From a virus, in IMG/VR virus record IMGVR_UViG_3300045988_163643, positions 1 through 64,000 of that record: a stretch of 64,000 bases of DNA; one strand, 5' to 3'. The position numbers were made by a program, and so were the translations under genes. This document shows positions 55,537-63,313 of the stretch, piece by piece (position 1 is the stretch's first letter; each line of letters opens with the position of its first letter). The notes under the pieces are model-generated. The model was given only the letters and a program-made list of their open reading frames with translations, had not been told where the DNA came from and searched no databases.

Positions 55537-55719
55537 CTACTTATTTTTATCTAAATATATTTTAAAATCATCTGATACTACTTGATAATACTTGCCATCC
55601 ATTTTCATAGAACTATTATTTAACATTTTACAAAGTTCATTTGCGTATTCTTCATCTACTCCCATACAAAATAATTCGTCAGGTTTCATTTTATACAAAT
55701 CTCTAACTAAGATTTTCAT
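55537..55719 (-). CDS. hypothetical protein
   Basis: 60-aa ORF; overlaps the upstream gene by 4 nt. Confidence 0.5.
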   Translation of the reverse strand: MKILVRDLYKMKPDELFCMGVDEEYANELCKMLNNSSMKMDGKYYQVVSDDFKIYLDKNK

Positions 55720-56048
55720 TTTTTATCACCCACCAATTCTTTTAAAATTCTATTTTCTAATTCATTAGTTGTCATATTTAAGACATCTTTTATCAGATGA
55801 CCGAACATTCTAGTTTTTTCTAAATCTATTATTTCTACTGAAGCATTTTTATCTTTTCTAAAAAATGTTACCTTACAGTCTTTTCCAGCTATGACACAAT
55901 AACCAATTAATGTTCTTGCTCTGATTGATGATTCTGAATGAGAATAGGTAAATCCTTTTTGTAGTAAAACATCATCCAAACTTCTTGATAAAACATAATA
56001 GTCATTAGTATTAAACAAGTCTTTGAAATCTTTTTGTTCTTCTATCAT
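55716..56048 (-). CDS. hypothetical protein
   Basis: 110-aa ORF after a promoter cassette. Confidence 0.55.
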   Translation of the reverse strand: MIEEQKDFKDLFNTNDYYVLSRSLDDVLLQKGFTYSHSESSIRARTLIGYCVIAGKDCKVTFFRKDKNASVEIIDLEKTRMFGHLIKDVLNMTTNELENRILKELVGDKK

Positions 56049-56082
56049 TATTTTTCTCCTTTAATTTATCTTATTTACTTAT

Positions 56083-56111
56083 ATTATACTAATAATCTTA
56101 TTAAAAGTCAA
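56083..56111 (-). promoter_or_regulatory. consensus promoter cassette
   Basis: -35 TTGACT, 17 nt, -10 TATAAT. Confidence 0.65.
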
Positions 56112-56128
56112 TAATTATTTTAAAAAAT

Positions 56129-57490
56129 TTATTCATAACTTACTTCATCTTTTTCAAATCTACATCTTTTAAAGACAGGAAAGCGAAGACTTAATTCTCC
56201 TTTTTCATTATTTGTCTCTTCAAAATACTGGATTTCGATAATTTTATTTAAATATTTATCTTTATTATTCCATATTTCATCTCTCATATCATCTGAAAAT
56301 CCACTACCTACCCCTAAATCATATCCTTTATAATCACAAATAATTTTACCTAAAGTTCCTTTAAGTTTTCCGTCCCCTTCTTCAAATCCAATTACCTTAA
56401 GGTCGCAAGTACTCATTACTTTTAATTTTAATAAAACTTTACTACGTTTAAAATCATAAGGTCTATCTATGTTAATCATCGCACCTTCTGCACCTTTATT
56501 TCTCAAATCATTTAAAATTCTAAGTACTTCCTTATCGTCGACACCTTCATATAATATTGGAGTTATATTTATATATTTAGTGTCTTTTATTGTATTTAAT
56601 AAATTTCTTCTTTCAGAATATTTCATTTTACCTTTTTTATTATCAAATTCTACCAATGGAACGATATCGAATATTTGATATTTAATACCATGTTTTTCTT
56701 TATCTTTAGTAGATACAATTTTCATAGTATCTTTATATACTGTTTCATATGGACTTTCTATTGATAATAATTCACCATCTAAGCATATATTATCTAGTCC
56801 TAATTTAATTATTGAATCCTCAATATCAACTAACCCTTCAAAGATTTTATTTTGTCTACTTTTCATTATTATTTTTCCATCTCTTATTTGAGTAAAACAT
56901 CTGACACCATCATACTTCTCAGTTATAAATTTATTTCCTTTGGGTAATTTATTTAAATCACCCTTACTACCTAACATTATATCAAATGAAGGTATTAAAT
57001 TAGGTATAGCTTTATTAACTCCTTTTACATCTATTCCTATCTTCAATGATTTTGTAAATAAACCTATGCAAAATTCCTTATTGGTATCAATTTGTTTATT
57101 ACAAAATTCTCTTACAATAGCAATATCCACATCTCTACCACTATTATGTACTTTCAAGTATTCCATAACCTCTCTAATTGTATCTAATTTAAGTTCATCA
57201 TTGTCTAATGGTATATTTTTATTTATTTTTTTCTCACTTAATTCAGTTACTATATCACTATCCAAGAAAAGCTTCAAGTATTCTATGAATAATTCATTGT
57301 CTAATGGTACATTTTTATTTATTTTTTTCTTACTTAATCCAGTTACTATATTACTATCTAATAAAAATTTCAAACATTCTATAAATAATTCATTGTCTTT
57401 ATTTTTTTTAACTATTTTAATTTTGTCATTTTTACCACTAGTCTTTGTTATTAAGTCAAATATTTCAACAACTTCATTTAAATTTTCCAT
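56129..57490 (-). CDS. ATP-dependent DNA ligase
   Basis: Motif I ITEKYDGVR, EGAMIN, LLKLK; OB-domain-sized C-terminus. Confidence 0.8.
   Translation of the reverse strand: MENLNEVVEIFDLITKTSGKNDKIKIVKKNKDNELFIECLKFLLDSNIVTGLSKKKINKNVPLDNELFIEYLKLFLDSDIVTELSEKKINKNIPLDNDELKLDTIREVMEYLKVHNSGRDVDIAIVREFCNKQIDTNKEFCIGLFTKSLKIGIDVKGVNKAIPNLIPSFDIMLGSKGDLNKLPKGNKFITEKYDGVRCFTQIRDGKIIMKSRQNKIFEGLVDIEDSIIKLGLDNICLDGELLSIESPYETVYKDTMKIVSTKDKEKHGIKYQIFDIVPLVEFDNKKGKMKYSERRNLLNTIKDTKYINITPILYEGVDDKEVLRILNDLRNKGAEGAMINIDRPYDFKRSKVLLKLKVMSTCDLKVIGFEEGDGKLKGTLGKIICDYKGYDLGVGSGFSDDMRDEIWNNKDKYLNKIIEIQYFEETNNEKGELSLRFPVFKRCRFEKDEVSYE
57206..57397 (-). repeat. two tandem 96-nt in-frame repeats in the ligase N-terminal region
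   Basis: DNELFIECLKFLLDSNIVTGLSKKKINKNVPL / DNELFIEYLKLFLDSDIVTELSEKKINKNIPL. Confidence 0.8.
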
Positions 57491-57521
57491 ATCTTTTCTC
57501 CTATCCTATTTATTATTATTA

Positions 57522-57550
57522 ATTATACTAAAATTCTTATAAAAAGTCAA
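57522..57550 (-). promoter_or_regulatory. consensus promoter cassette
   Basis: -35 TTGACT, 17 nt, -10 TATAAT. Confidence 0.65.
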
Positions 57551-57565
57551 TATATTTTAAAAAAT

Positions 57566-58426
57566 TTATATTTTTCTTTTTAGATTATATACAGAATATA
57601 CATTTGCTTTTATATTCATATTATTTAATAAACCTTTGATTTGTTTTTCACTTAATTCAATTCCAGTTTCAAGTTCAAAGTTTTTGATTTTATCTGCAAC
57701 ATAAGAATTATATAAAGAAGTAGTTGATATTCCTTCAACATCTATTCTTCTTAATATTCTATTTATTTTATCTCTACCTGCATTTTCTTTAATCTTATCT
57801 AATCCGTCATTATTAAATTTATTTTTTCTATTTTTCCATAGATATGAATTATTTTCATTATAGTAGTAGTAATCATAATTACTTTTTTCTTTAACATACA
57901 TTTTATATCCACGTTCTTTGGATGCTTTATCAATTATTCCCATAGTATAATCATCTAAAGTTATAGTTTTATCTTCTAATTTTATTTCATTTCTATCAAC
58001 ATTAATATCATTCATTTTTATATTAATGATTTCTTCACCTTTTAATCCATTTCTTAATAATAGTACTATAGCTTTATCTAAATAATTTTCAAATATATTA
58101 ACACCCATTATAACTTCTTCATAAGGGATATATCTTAATGTTCCATTTTCTATATCTAATAAATCATTTTTATTTATATCTCTATATACTTTATTTCCTA
58201 TAAAGATTAAATATTTCTTTAATAAACTCCATTTAACTGCTAATGTATTATATTTTCTACAGTCTAAAGAAGATAACATATTTAAACAATCTTCTTTACT
58301 CCAATCTTCTATTGTTCTGTTTATTGTTGTTTCATGTGCTTCTATATTTTTGAACAATGTAATATATGATTTTCTAGTACTTTCACTCATTTCTTTTTCT
58401 TTTAAAAATCTACTTATATTATTCAT
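57566..58426 (-). CDS. tyrosine-recombinase-like protein that appears to lack the catalytic residues
   Basis: SAM-like N-terminus (STRKSYITLF); LLRNGLKGEEIINIKMNDI where the Arg box is expected; no HxxR or terminal His/Tyr block seen. Confidence 0.5.
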   Translation of the reverse strand: MNNISRFLKEKEMSESTRKSYITLFKNIEAHETTINRTIEDWSKEDCLNMLSSLDCRKYNTLAVKWSLLKKYLIFIGNKVYRDINKNDLLDIENGTLRYIPYEEVIMGVNIFENYLDKAIVLLLRNGLKGEEIINIKMNDINVDRNEIKLEDKTITLDDYTMGIIDKASKERGYKMYVKEKSNYDYYYYNENNSYLWKNRKNKFNNDGLDKIKENAGRDKINRILRRIDVEGISTTSLYNSYVADKIKNFELETGIELSEKQIKGLLNNMNIKANVYSVYNLKRKI

Positions 58427-58443
58427 AACATTCTCTCCTTTTA

Positions 58444-59325
58444 TTAATTATTTGCCTTTTGTTTGGTCATATTTCTAATATCATAAACATTTTTAGTGAT
58501 ACCAAATTCATATTTTAAATAATCCCTTAATTCACTTTGAGTTAAATTTCTTTCTATTTTATGTTGATGTTCAATTACTTTATCAACTACATGACTAAGG
58601 GTAAGGTTACTTAATATGATAGTGTTATCATTTAATTCTTCTTTTATTTTTTGAAGTCTACCTCTCATGCCACTTATTTTTAAGTGTGATAATCCATCAT
58701 TAGTCCATTTAGTTCTTCTAGTCTTAAATAAATATTCACTATCCATATTATATACTATTATTTTTTCATAACTTCCTAATGCTACATATTCTTTTTCTTC
58801 TGTTGCTCTTTTAACTAGATACATTGTATAGTCGTCTATTTTCTTATTATATATCATATTTCTTTTAAAATCAATATCTTTTACTTTTAATTTTACTAAA
58901 TCTTCTGCTTCAAATTTCATTCCTATACCATTTCTAGCTAAAAACAATAAAGCTTTATCAGAATAGTTTTCTAATTTGCTAACTAATTTTATTAAATCTT
59001 CTTTATAAATATATCTTTTTTCTTCATATTCTTTATTGATTTCTATGATTTTATTCAAATCTTTTTTTGTAATTAATTTTATATTTTTATTTCCTATGAA
59101 GTCATAATATCTTTTTAATAAACTCCATTTGCTATTGATAGAATTATATGTACCCTTATCTATGCAATGATTAAGTAATAATGTAAATTCTTCTTTAGTT
59201 TCAATATCTTCTATGTTTTTATTCAATACTTTTTCTAATTCTGTCATTTTTGTAAATAAACCTTCATACATGTTATATGTATTTTCATTATTAATTGTTG
59301 CTAAAAATATTTCTCTACACTTCAT
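58444..59325 (-). CDS. paralog of 57566-58426 (degenerate recombinase-like)
   Basis: Colinear similarity (WSLLK+Y..FIGNK, DDYTM, W.NDGL); start at the Met after AAGGAGTGG. Confidence 0.5.
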   Translation of the reverse strand: MKCREIFLATINNENTYNMYEGLFTKMTELEKVLNKNIEDIETKEEFTLLLNHCIDKGTYNSINSKWSLLKRYYDFIGNKNIKLITKKDLNKIIEINKEYEEKRYIYKEDLIKLVSKLENYSDKALLFLARNGIGMKFEAEDLVKLKVKDIDFKRNMIYNKKIDDYTMYLVKRATEEKEYVALGSYEKIIVYNMDSEYLFKTRRTKWTNDGLSHLKISGMRGRLQKIKEELNDNTIILSNLTLSHVVDKVIEHQHKIERNLTQSELRDYLKYEFGITKNVYDIRNMTKQKANN

Positions 59326-59426
59326 ATATACCACTCCTTTTATATTTTATCTATATTATAGACAAATTTTAGAAGGGATATACAAAATGATAAAGATTTT
59401 TTTATTTTTTTATCTTATTTACTTAT

Positions 59427-59455
59427 ATTATACTATTGTTCTTATTAAAAGTCAA
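59427..59455 (-). promoter_or_regulatory. consensus promoter cassette
   Basis: -35 TTGACT, 17 nt, -10 TATAAT. Confidence 0.65.
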
Positions 59456-59457
59456 TA

Positions 59458-59488
59458 AAAAAAGAGAGAAAATTTTCTCTCATTTTAA
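59458..59488 (-). terminator. intrinsic terminator hairpin
   Basis: GAGAGAA/TTCTCTC stem with A/T runs. Confidence 0.6.
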
Positions 59489-59491
59489 AAT

Positions 59492-60433
59492 TTATAAATC
59501 AAATATATTTATTTTTTCCATAGATTCTTGTATATCCTTACGTTGTTGGATGTAGTATTTCATTGATGTATTGATTGTCGAGTGTCCAAGCGTATCCTTT
59601 ATTTCTTGTAAAGTGATATTTGGATTTTCTCCCATTTTTGTACCTATTGTATGTCTTACATTATGAAAATGAACTCTAGGAACTCCAGCTATGTCACAAC
59701 AGTCATACCAAATTTTTCTTATGCCTTGCGTTTTTAATTGATTAAAATTTCTATCTGTAAGCAAATATTCTCTATTTGGGTTATATGATACTAATTCTTT
59801 TATAAGTTCAACAACTTCATTATTACAATTTGTGCTACGACCAATACGACCCTTGTTACCTTTAGAACGCACCATTATTTTATTATTATCTTCTAATTTT
59901 AAATCTTCTATTTTTATTCTACTCATTTCTCCAATTCTTAATGCAGTTGAAAATACTAATTTTACAATTACTTTATTTCTTAAATTTATATAATTACCAT
60001 GACAATTAAATTCTTCTTTATCTGTTGCTTGTAATATTGCTCTTATAATATCGTCATTAAATGCTTTATCTCCTTTATAATCATTTTCCCCTTTTTCATT
60101 AATCTTAGGAAATCTATATAGGCAATTGTCTTTTAAAAATTCTTCATTGACTAGAAAATTATAAAAACTACTCATTTGTTTTATTTTTTTATTTATTGTT
60201 GCTATTGAAATATCATCTTCATCTTTTTGTTTATTAATCCAATTAAACCAAAACTCCTTATCCATATTAATGAATTCACTAACTTCATTTATTTTTTCAT
60301 CTTTAACAAATTTTTGTAGTGTACTAACATAACTTTTAATTGTAGCTTCGCTTTTGTTTAATAAATTTAAATATTTTACATATTTAAATACACAATTATC
60401 CATACTCATATTTTTATCTAACACATCAACCAC
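59492..60433 (-). CDS. tyrosine recombinase/integrase (XerC/D-like)
   Basis: ALRIGEMSRIKIEDL (Arg I), HNVRHT (HxxR), LGHSTINTSMKYY (His/Tyr). Confidence 0.8.
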   Translation of the reverse strand: MVDVLDKNMSMDNCVFKYVKYLNLLNKSEATIKSYVSTLQKFVKDEKINEVSEFINMDKEFWFNWINKQKDEDDISIATINKKIKQMSSFYNFLVNEEFLKDNCLYRFPKINEKGENDYKGDKAFNDDIIRAILQATDKEEFNCHGNYINLRNKVIVKLVFSTALRIGEMSRIKIEDLKLEDNNKIMVRSKGNKGRIGRSTNCNNEVVELIKELVSYNPNREYLLTDRNFNQLKTQGIRKIWYDCCDIAGVPRVHFHNVRHTIGTKMGENPNITLQEIKDTLGHSTINTSMKYYIQQRKDIQESMEKINIFDL

Positions 60434-60458
60434 TCCTTTTATTTATTTATCTATAATA

Positions 60459-60487
60459 ATTATAACAGGTTATTTATATAGTGTCAA
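60459..60487 (-). promoter_or_regulatory. canonical sigma-70-type promoter with non-cassette flanks (integrase gene)
   Basis: -35 TTGACA 60482-60487, 17 nt, -10 TATAAT 60459-60464. Confidence 0.55.
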
Positions 60488-60490
60488 GTA

Positions 60491-60652
60491 TTATCTAAAA
60501 ACTCTTTTGATTTTTATATTTCTTTCTTTGCAATAAGGACAATATGATATTTCTACTTTATAAATTTTATCTTCTGTGTATAATTTGTAATATGTTTTAT
60601 CTTTTGCAATATAAGTTACTAAACAATCTTTACACCTTCTAATACCAAACAC
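60491..60652 (-). CDS. 53-aa Zn-ribbon protein (GTG start)
   Basis: AAGGAGTGG RBS; CKDC...CPYCK. Confidence 0.4.
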   Translation of the reverse strand: MFGIRRCKDCLVTYIAKDKTYYKLYTEDKIYKVEISYCPYCKERNIKIKRVFR

Positions 60653-60689
60653 CTAATCACCACTCCTTATTATTTATTTTTATACTTAT

Positions 60690-60718
60690 AATATACTATT
60701 ACTCTTATATAAAGTCAA
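60690..60718 (-). promoter_or_regulatory. variant promoter cassette
   Basis: -35 TTGACT, 17 nt, -10 TATATT. Confidence 0.5.
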
Positions 60719-60730
60719 TAGAAATTCATA

Positions 60731-60758
60731 AAAAAACTAGAGAAAATTTTCTCTAGTC
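60731..60758 (-). terminator. intrinsic terminator hairpin
   Basis: CTAGAGAA/TTCTCTAG stem overlapping the yopX stop. Confidence 0.55.
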
Positions 60759-61163
60759 ATTTTGTTTTAATAAATCTTTATTTTCGTATATATTCCCTAC
60801 CACTTCAACTTCGTAAAAACACATGCAACCGTATAAACTGTCTTCCCATTCTCCTTCCTTAATTAAAAGATATTCCCCCATATCAATATCATATTTTACA
60901 TACAAATTAATTGTCTCACCATCAGATTTAACTTTTAATATATCTCCTTCATATATTTCTTTTCCATTTTTATCTTTTAAATTTGTATATTGTCCAACGG
61001 TTTCAGGGTCTACTTTTGTAAAATCAATATATGATATTTCCGAATCATATTGCACAATATATACTTTTTTTTCATCTCTTTTAACATATCCACCATATAC
61101 AAAAGGCATTCTTACTTCCATAAGACCTTCTATTGGTTTCCCTCTAAATTTTATTTCTCTCAT
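60753..61163 (-). CDS. YopX-family protein
   Basis: MREIKFRGK start, GQYTNLKDKNGKEIYEGDIL, VVGNIYEN. Confidence 0.7.
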   Translation of the reverse strand: MREIKFRGKPIEGLMEVRMPFVYGGYVKRDEKKVYIVQYDSEISYIDFTKVDPETVGQYTNLKDKNGKEIYEGDILKVKSDGETINLYVKYDIDMGEYLLIKEGEWEDSLYGCMCFYEVEVVGNIYENKDLLKQND

Positions 61164-61181
61164 ATTTATCACCCTCCAATT

Positions 61182-61718
61182 TTAATACTCTCCTAAATCT
61201 TCTTTTAGATTTTTTATTATTTTCTCAATAGATGCTAATTCTTTTATTTTTTCTTCTCTTTCATTTTTTAATTCATTCATTCTTTTCTTTTTATAACAAA
61301 TTTCTAATCCAATTTTAGGATTGAAAATATCATCTTCATGACATCTAGCAGTGAAGACATTGAAATCTTCAGCTATCGCTATTACTTCAGGATTATTTAC
61401 TATTAACACTTTAATCCCAAAAGATTTTAAAAGACTACAAGAATCATTGGCATCTTGTCTATATATTTCCATTTTATTATTTTTTGTTATAGGCTCTAAC
61501 ATACTCTTGCTAAAGCAATATGGATTATAATAATCATCCGAATCAAGTTTTATTATATATCTAATGCGTTCTTCGTTTCTTGATATCCTTACAATTTCTC
61601 CCACTTTGCCTAAAGTATCCTTCATATCACTTATAAATTTACATCCATCATCGTAAAATGTATCAACTATTAAGTCGTTTTTAACTCTTATTTTATCTCC
61701 AATTTTGAATTTTTCCAT
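61182..61718 (-). CDS. SH3-like-domain protein with distinct C-terminal domain
   Basis: KIGDKIRVKNDLIVDTFYDDGC...SMLEPI matches the repeat family. Confidence 0.55.
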   Translation of the reverse strand: MEKFKIGDKIRVKNDLIVDTFYDDGCKFISDMKDTLGKVGEIVRISRNEERIRYIIKLDSDDYYNPYCFSKSMLEPITKNNKMEIYRQDANDSCSLLKSFGIKVLIVNNPEVIAIAEDFNVFTARCHEDDIFNPKIGLEICYKKKRMNELKNEREEKIKELASIEKIIKNLKEDLGEY

Positions 61719-61739
61719 TTTATCATCTCCTTTAAATTT

Positions 61740-62318
61740 TTAATATAATTCCAAATATTTATGTTTTATTTTTTTTATTGCTCTATTGAAAATTTGATTT
61801 ACATTTTGTTTTGATAAATGTAAAATATTACCCATTTCCTCAAAAGTATAACCAGCTAAAAATAATCTTATAATTTGCCCACTTCTTTCACTTATTAAAT
61901 CTGCACATTTTATTATTTCTTTAATTAAATCTTTTTTATACATAGTTTCTACAACTTCATTTTCTAAATCATAATCATATTCTATTAATTCTAATAATGT
62001 TTTACTTTCTTCTTCATGTACAATTTTTCTATCTAAACTATCAACTATTGAATCTCCTTTTCTTTTCATTGTATTTTTATTTTGATAAAATTTTTTACAA
62101 CTCCATTTAATAGAATTTTCTATAAAAACAGATTTTCCCATTACTTCATCTAATTTATCAAGGTCTTTTAATAAGTTCAATGTTATTTCTGATTTTAAGT
62201 CCTCAAGACTAAAATAATTATTTTTTGCATTACCATAATAAAACATTCTCGCATATTTATCTATCAGCATTTCATAATCATTAATTATATTAACCTTTAA
62301 TTCATTATTCATATACAC
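61740..62318 (-). CDS. sigma-70-family (ECF-sized) sigma factor
   Basis: Region 4 HTH FEEMGNILHLSKQNVNQIFNRAIKKIK. Confidence 0.65.
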   Translation of the reverse strand: MYMNNELKVNIINDYEMLIDKYARMFYYGNAKNNYFSLEDLKSEITLNLLKDLDKLDEVMGKSVFIENSIKWSCKKFYQNKNTMKRKGDSIVDSLDRKIVHEEESKTLLELIEYDYDLENEVVETMYKKDLIKEIIKCADLISERSGQIIRLFLAGYTFEEMGNILHLSKQNVNQIFNRAIKKIKHKYLELY

Positions 62319-62337
62319 ACATCTCCATTTATAATTT

Positions 62338-62592
62338 TTATTTTTCTAATATGTACTCTACTACACAGTATTCTCCTCCTAATAAAGTAGCATACTTAAC
62401 TTTATAGCCTTCTGATAATTTATTTTCCAATTCTTCATAACCATATTTATTGGTTCTGACCACAATCTGACTAGCATTTTTATTTTCTTTTATTGTTTCA
62501 TCACTTGTTTTTATAGGTGAAACTTCTTTTGATTTATAACCAAATACATCAAATCCATAATCATGATTATATAAATCTTTTTCAAAATCCAT
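62338..62592 (-). CDS. hypothetical protein
   Basis: 84-aa ORF after a promoter cassette. Confidence 0.55.
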   Translation of the reverse strand: MDFEKDLYNHDYGFDVFGYKSKEVSPIKTSDETIKENKNASQIVVRTNKYGYEELENKLSEGYKVKYATLLGGEYCVVEYILEK

Positions 62593-62625
62593 TTTATCAA
62601 CCCCTTTATTATCTTATTTACTTAT

Positions 62626-62654
62626 ATTATACTATTATTCTTATTAAAAGTCAA
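62626..62654 (-). promoter_or_regulatory. consensus promoter cassette
   Basis: -35 TTGACT, 17 nt, -10 TATAAT. Confidence 0.65.
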
Positions 62655-62663
62655 TACTAATTT

Positions 62664-62693
62664 AAAAAAATTAAGGAGAAATTTCTCCTTAAT
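62664..62693 (-). terminator. intrinsic terminator hairpin
   Basis: TTAAGGAGAA/TTCTCCTTAA stem. Confidence 0.6.
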
Positions 62694-62937
62694 CTTCTTC
62701 AACAGTAAGTTTTGCATTAGGCATAAGAATTAAAACTAAAAACCAGAACAATCCATTCAGTCCGTTATTATCATTTAGCATAGGTGCTAGCCAACTCAAC
62801 CAAGGGATACCACTGACATTTGCATTAGTTATATCTAAAATCCAAATTATGTAAATTGCCATTTTAACTAAACTAACTAAAGTATTAAATACAAAACATA
62901 TAAAAATATTTCTATATCTCATTTTCATCTTCTCCAA
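62689..62937 (-). CDS. small membrane protein
   Basis: Two or three hydrophobic helices. Confidence 0.55.
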   Translation of the reverse strand: MEKMKMRYRNIFICFVFNTLVSLVKMAIYIIWILDITNANVSGIPWLSWLAPMLNDNNGLNGLFWFLVLILMPNAKLTVEED

Positions 62938-63301
62938 TCTCCTTTAAATATTCTCCAAATTTAATAAAAACTTTTAAATCTCTTAAAGATTCATCAATAT
63001 AATTAGAAGTTTTTATATTTACCTTTTCTAATTTTTCATTTTCACATCGTAATTTATCTATTTCATATTTAATCCTATCACCCTTCTCATCAATTGATTC
63101 ACAATAATATACATCAATTACATATGGAACTTTATAATCAACTCTAACTTTCAATCCTTCTATTTTTCCATTTACAATATGATTTTGTAAACGTCTAAAG
63201 GCTTCTATACCTAGTGTAACCTTATTGCAACGTTTACTATGTGACATATTATATAATTTAATATTCACTACTAATTCATCATAATAACTATATTCCTTCA
63301 T
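62912..63301 (-). CDS. hypothetical protein
   Basis: 129-aa ORF. Confidence 0.55.
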   Translation of the reverse strand: MKEYSYYDELVVNIKLYNMSHSKRCNKVTLGIEAFRRLQNHIVNGKIEGLKVRVDYKVPYVIDVYYCESIDEKGDRIKYEIDKLRCENEKLEKVNIKTSNYIDESLRDLKVFIKFGEYLKEIGEDENEI

Positions 63302-63313
63302 ACTATCACCATC

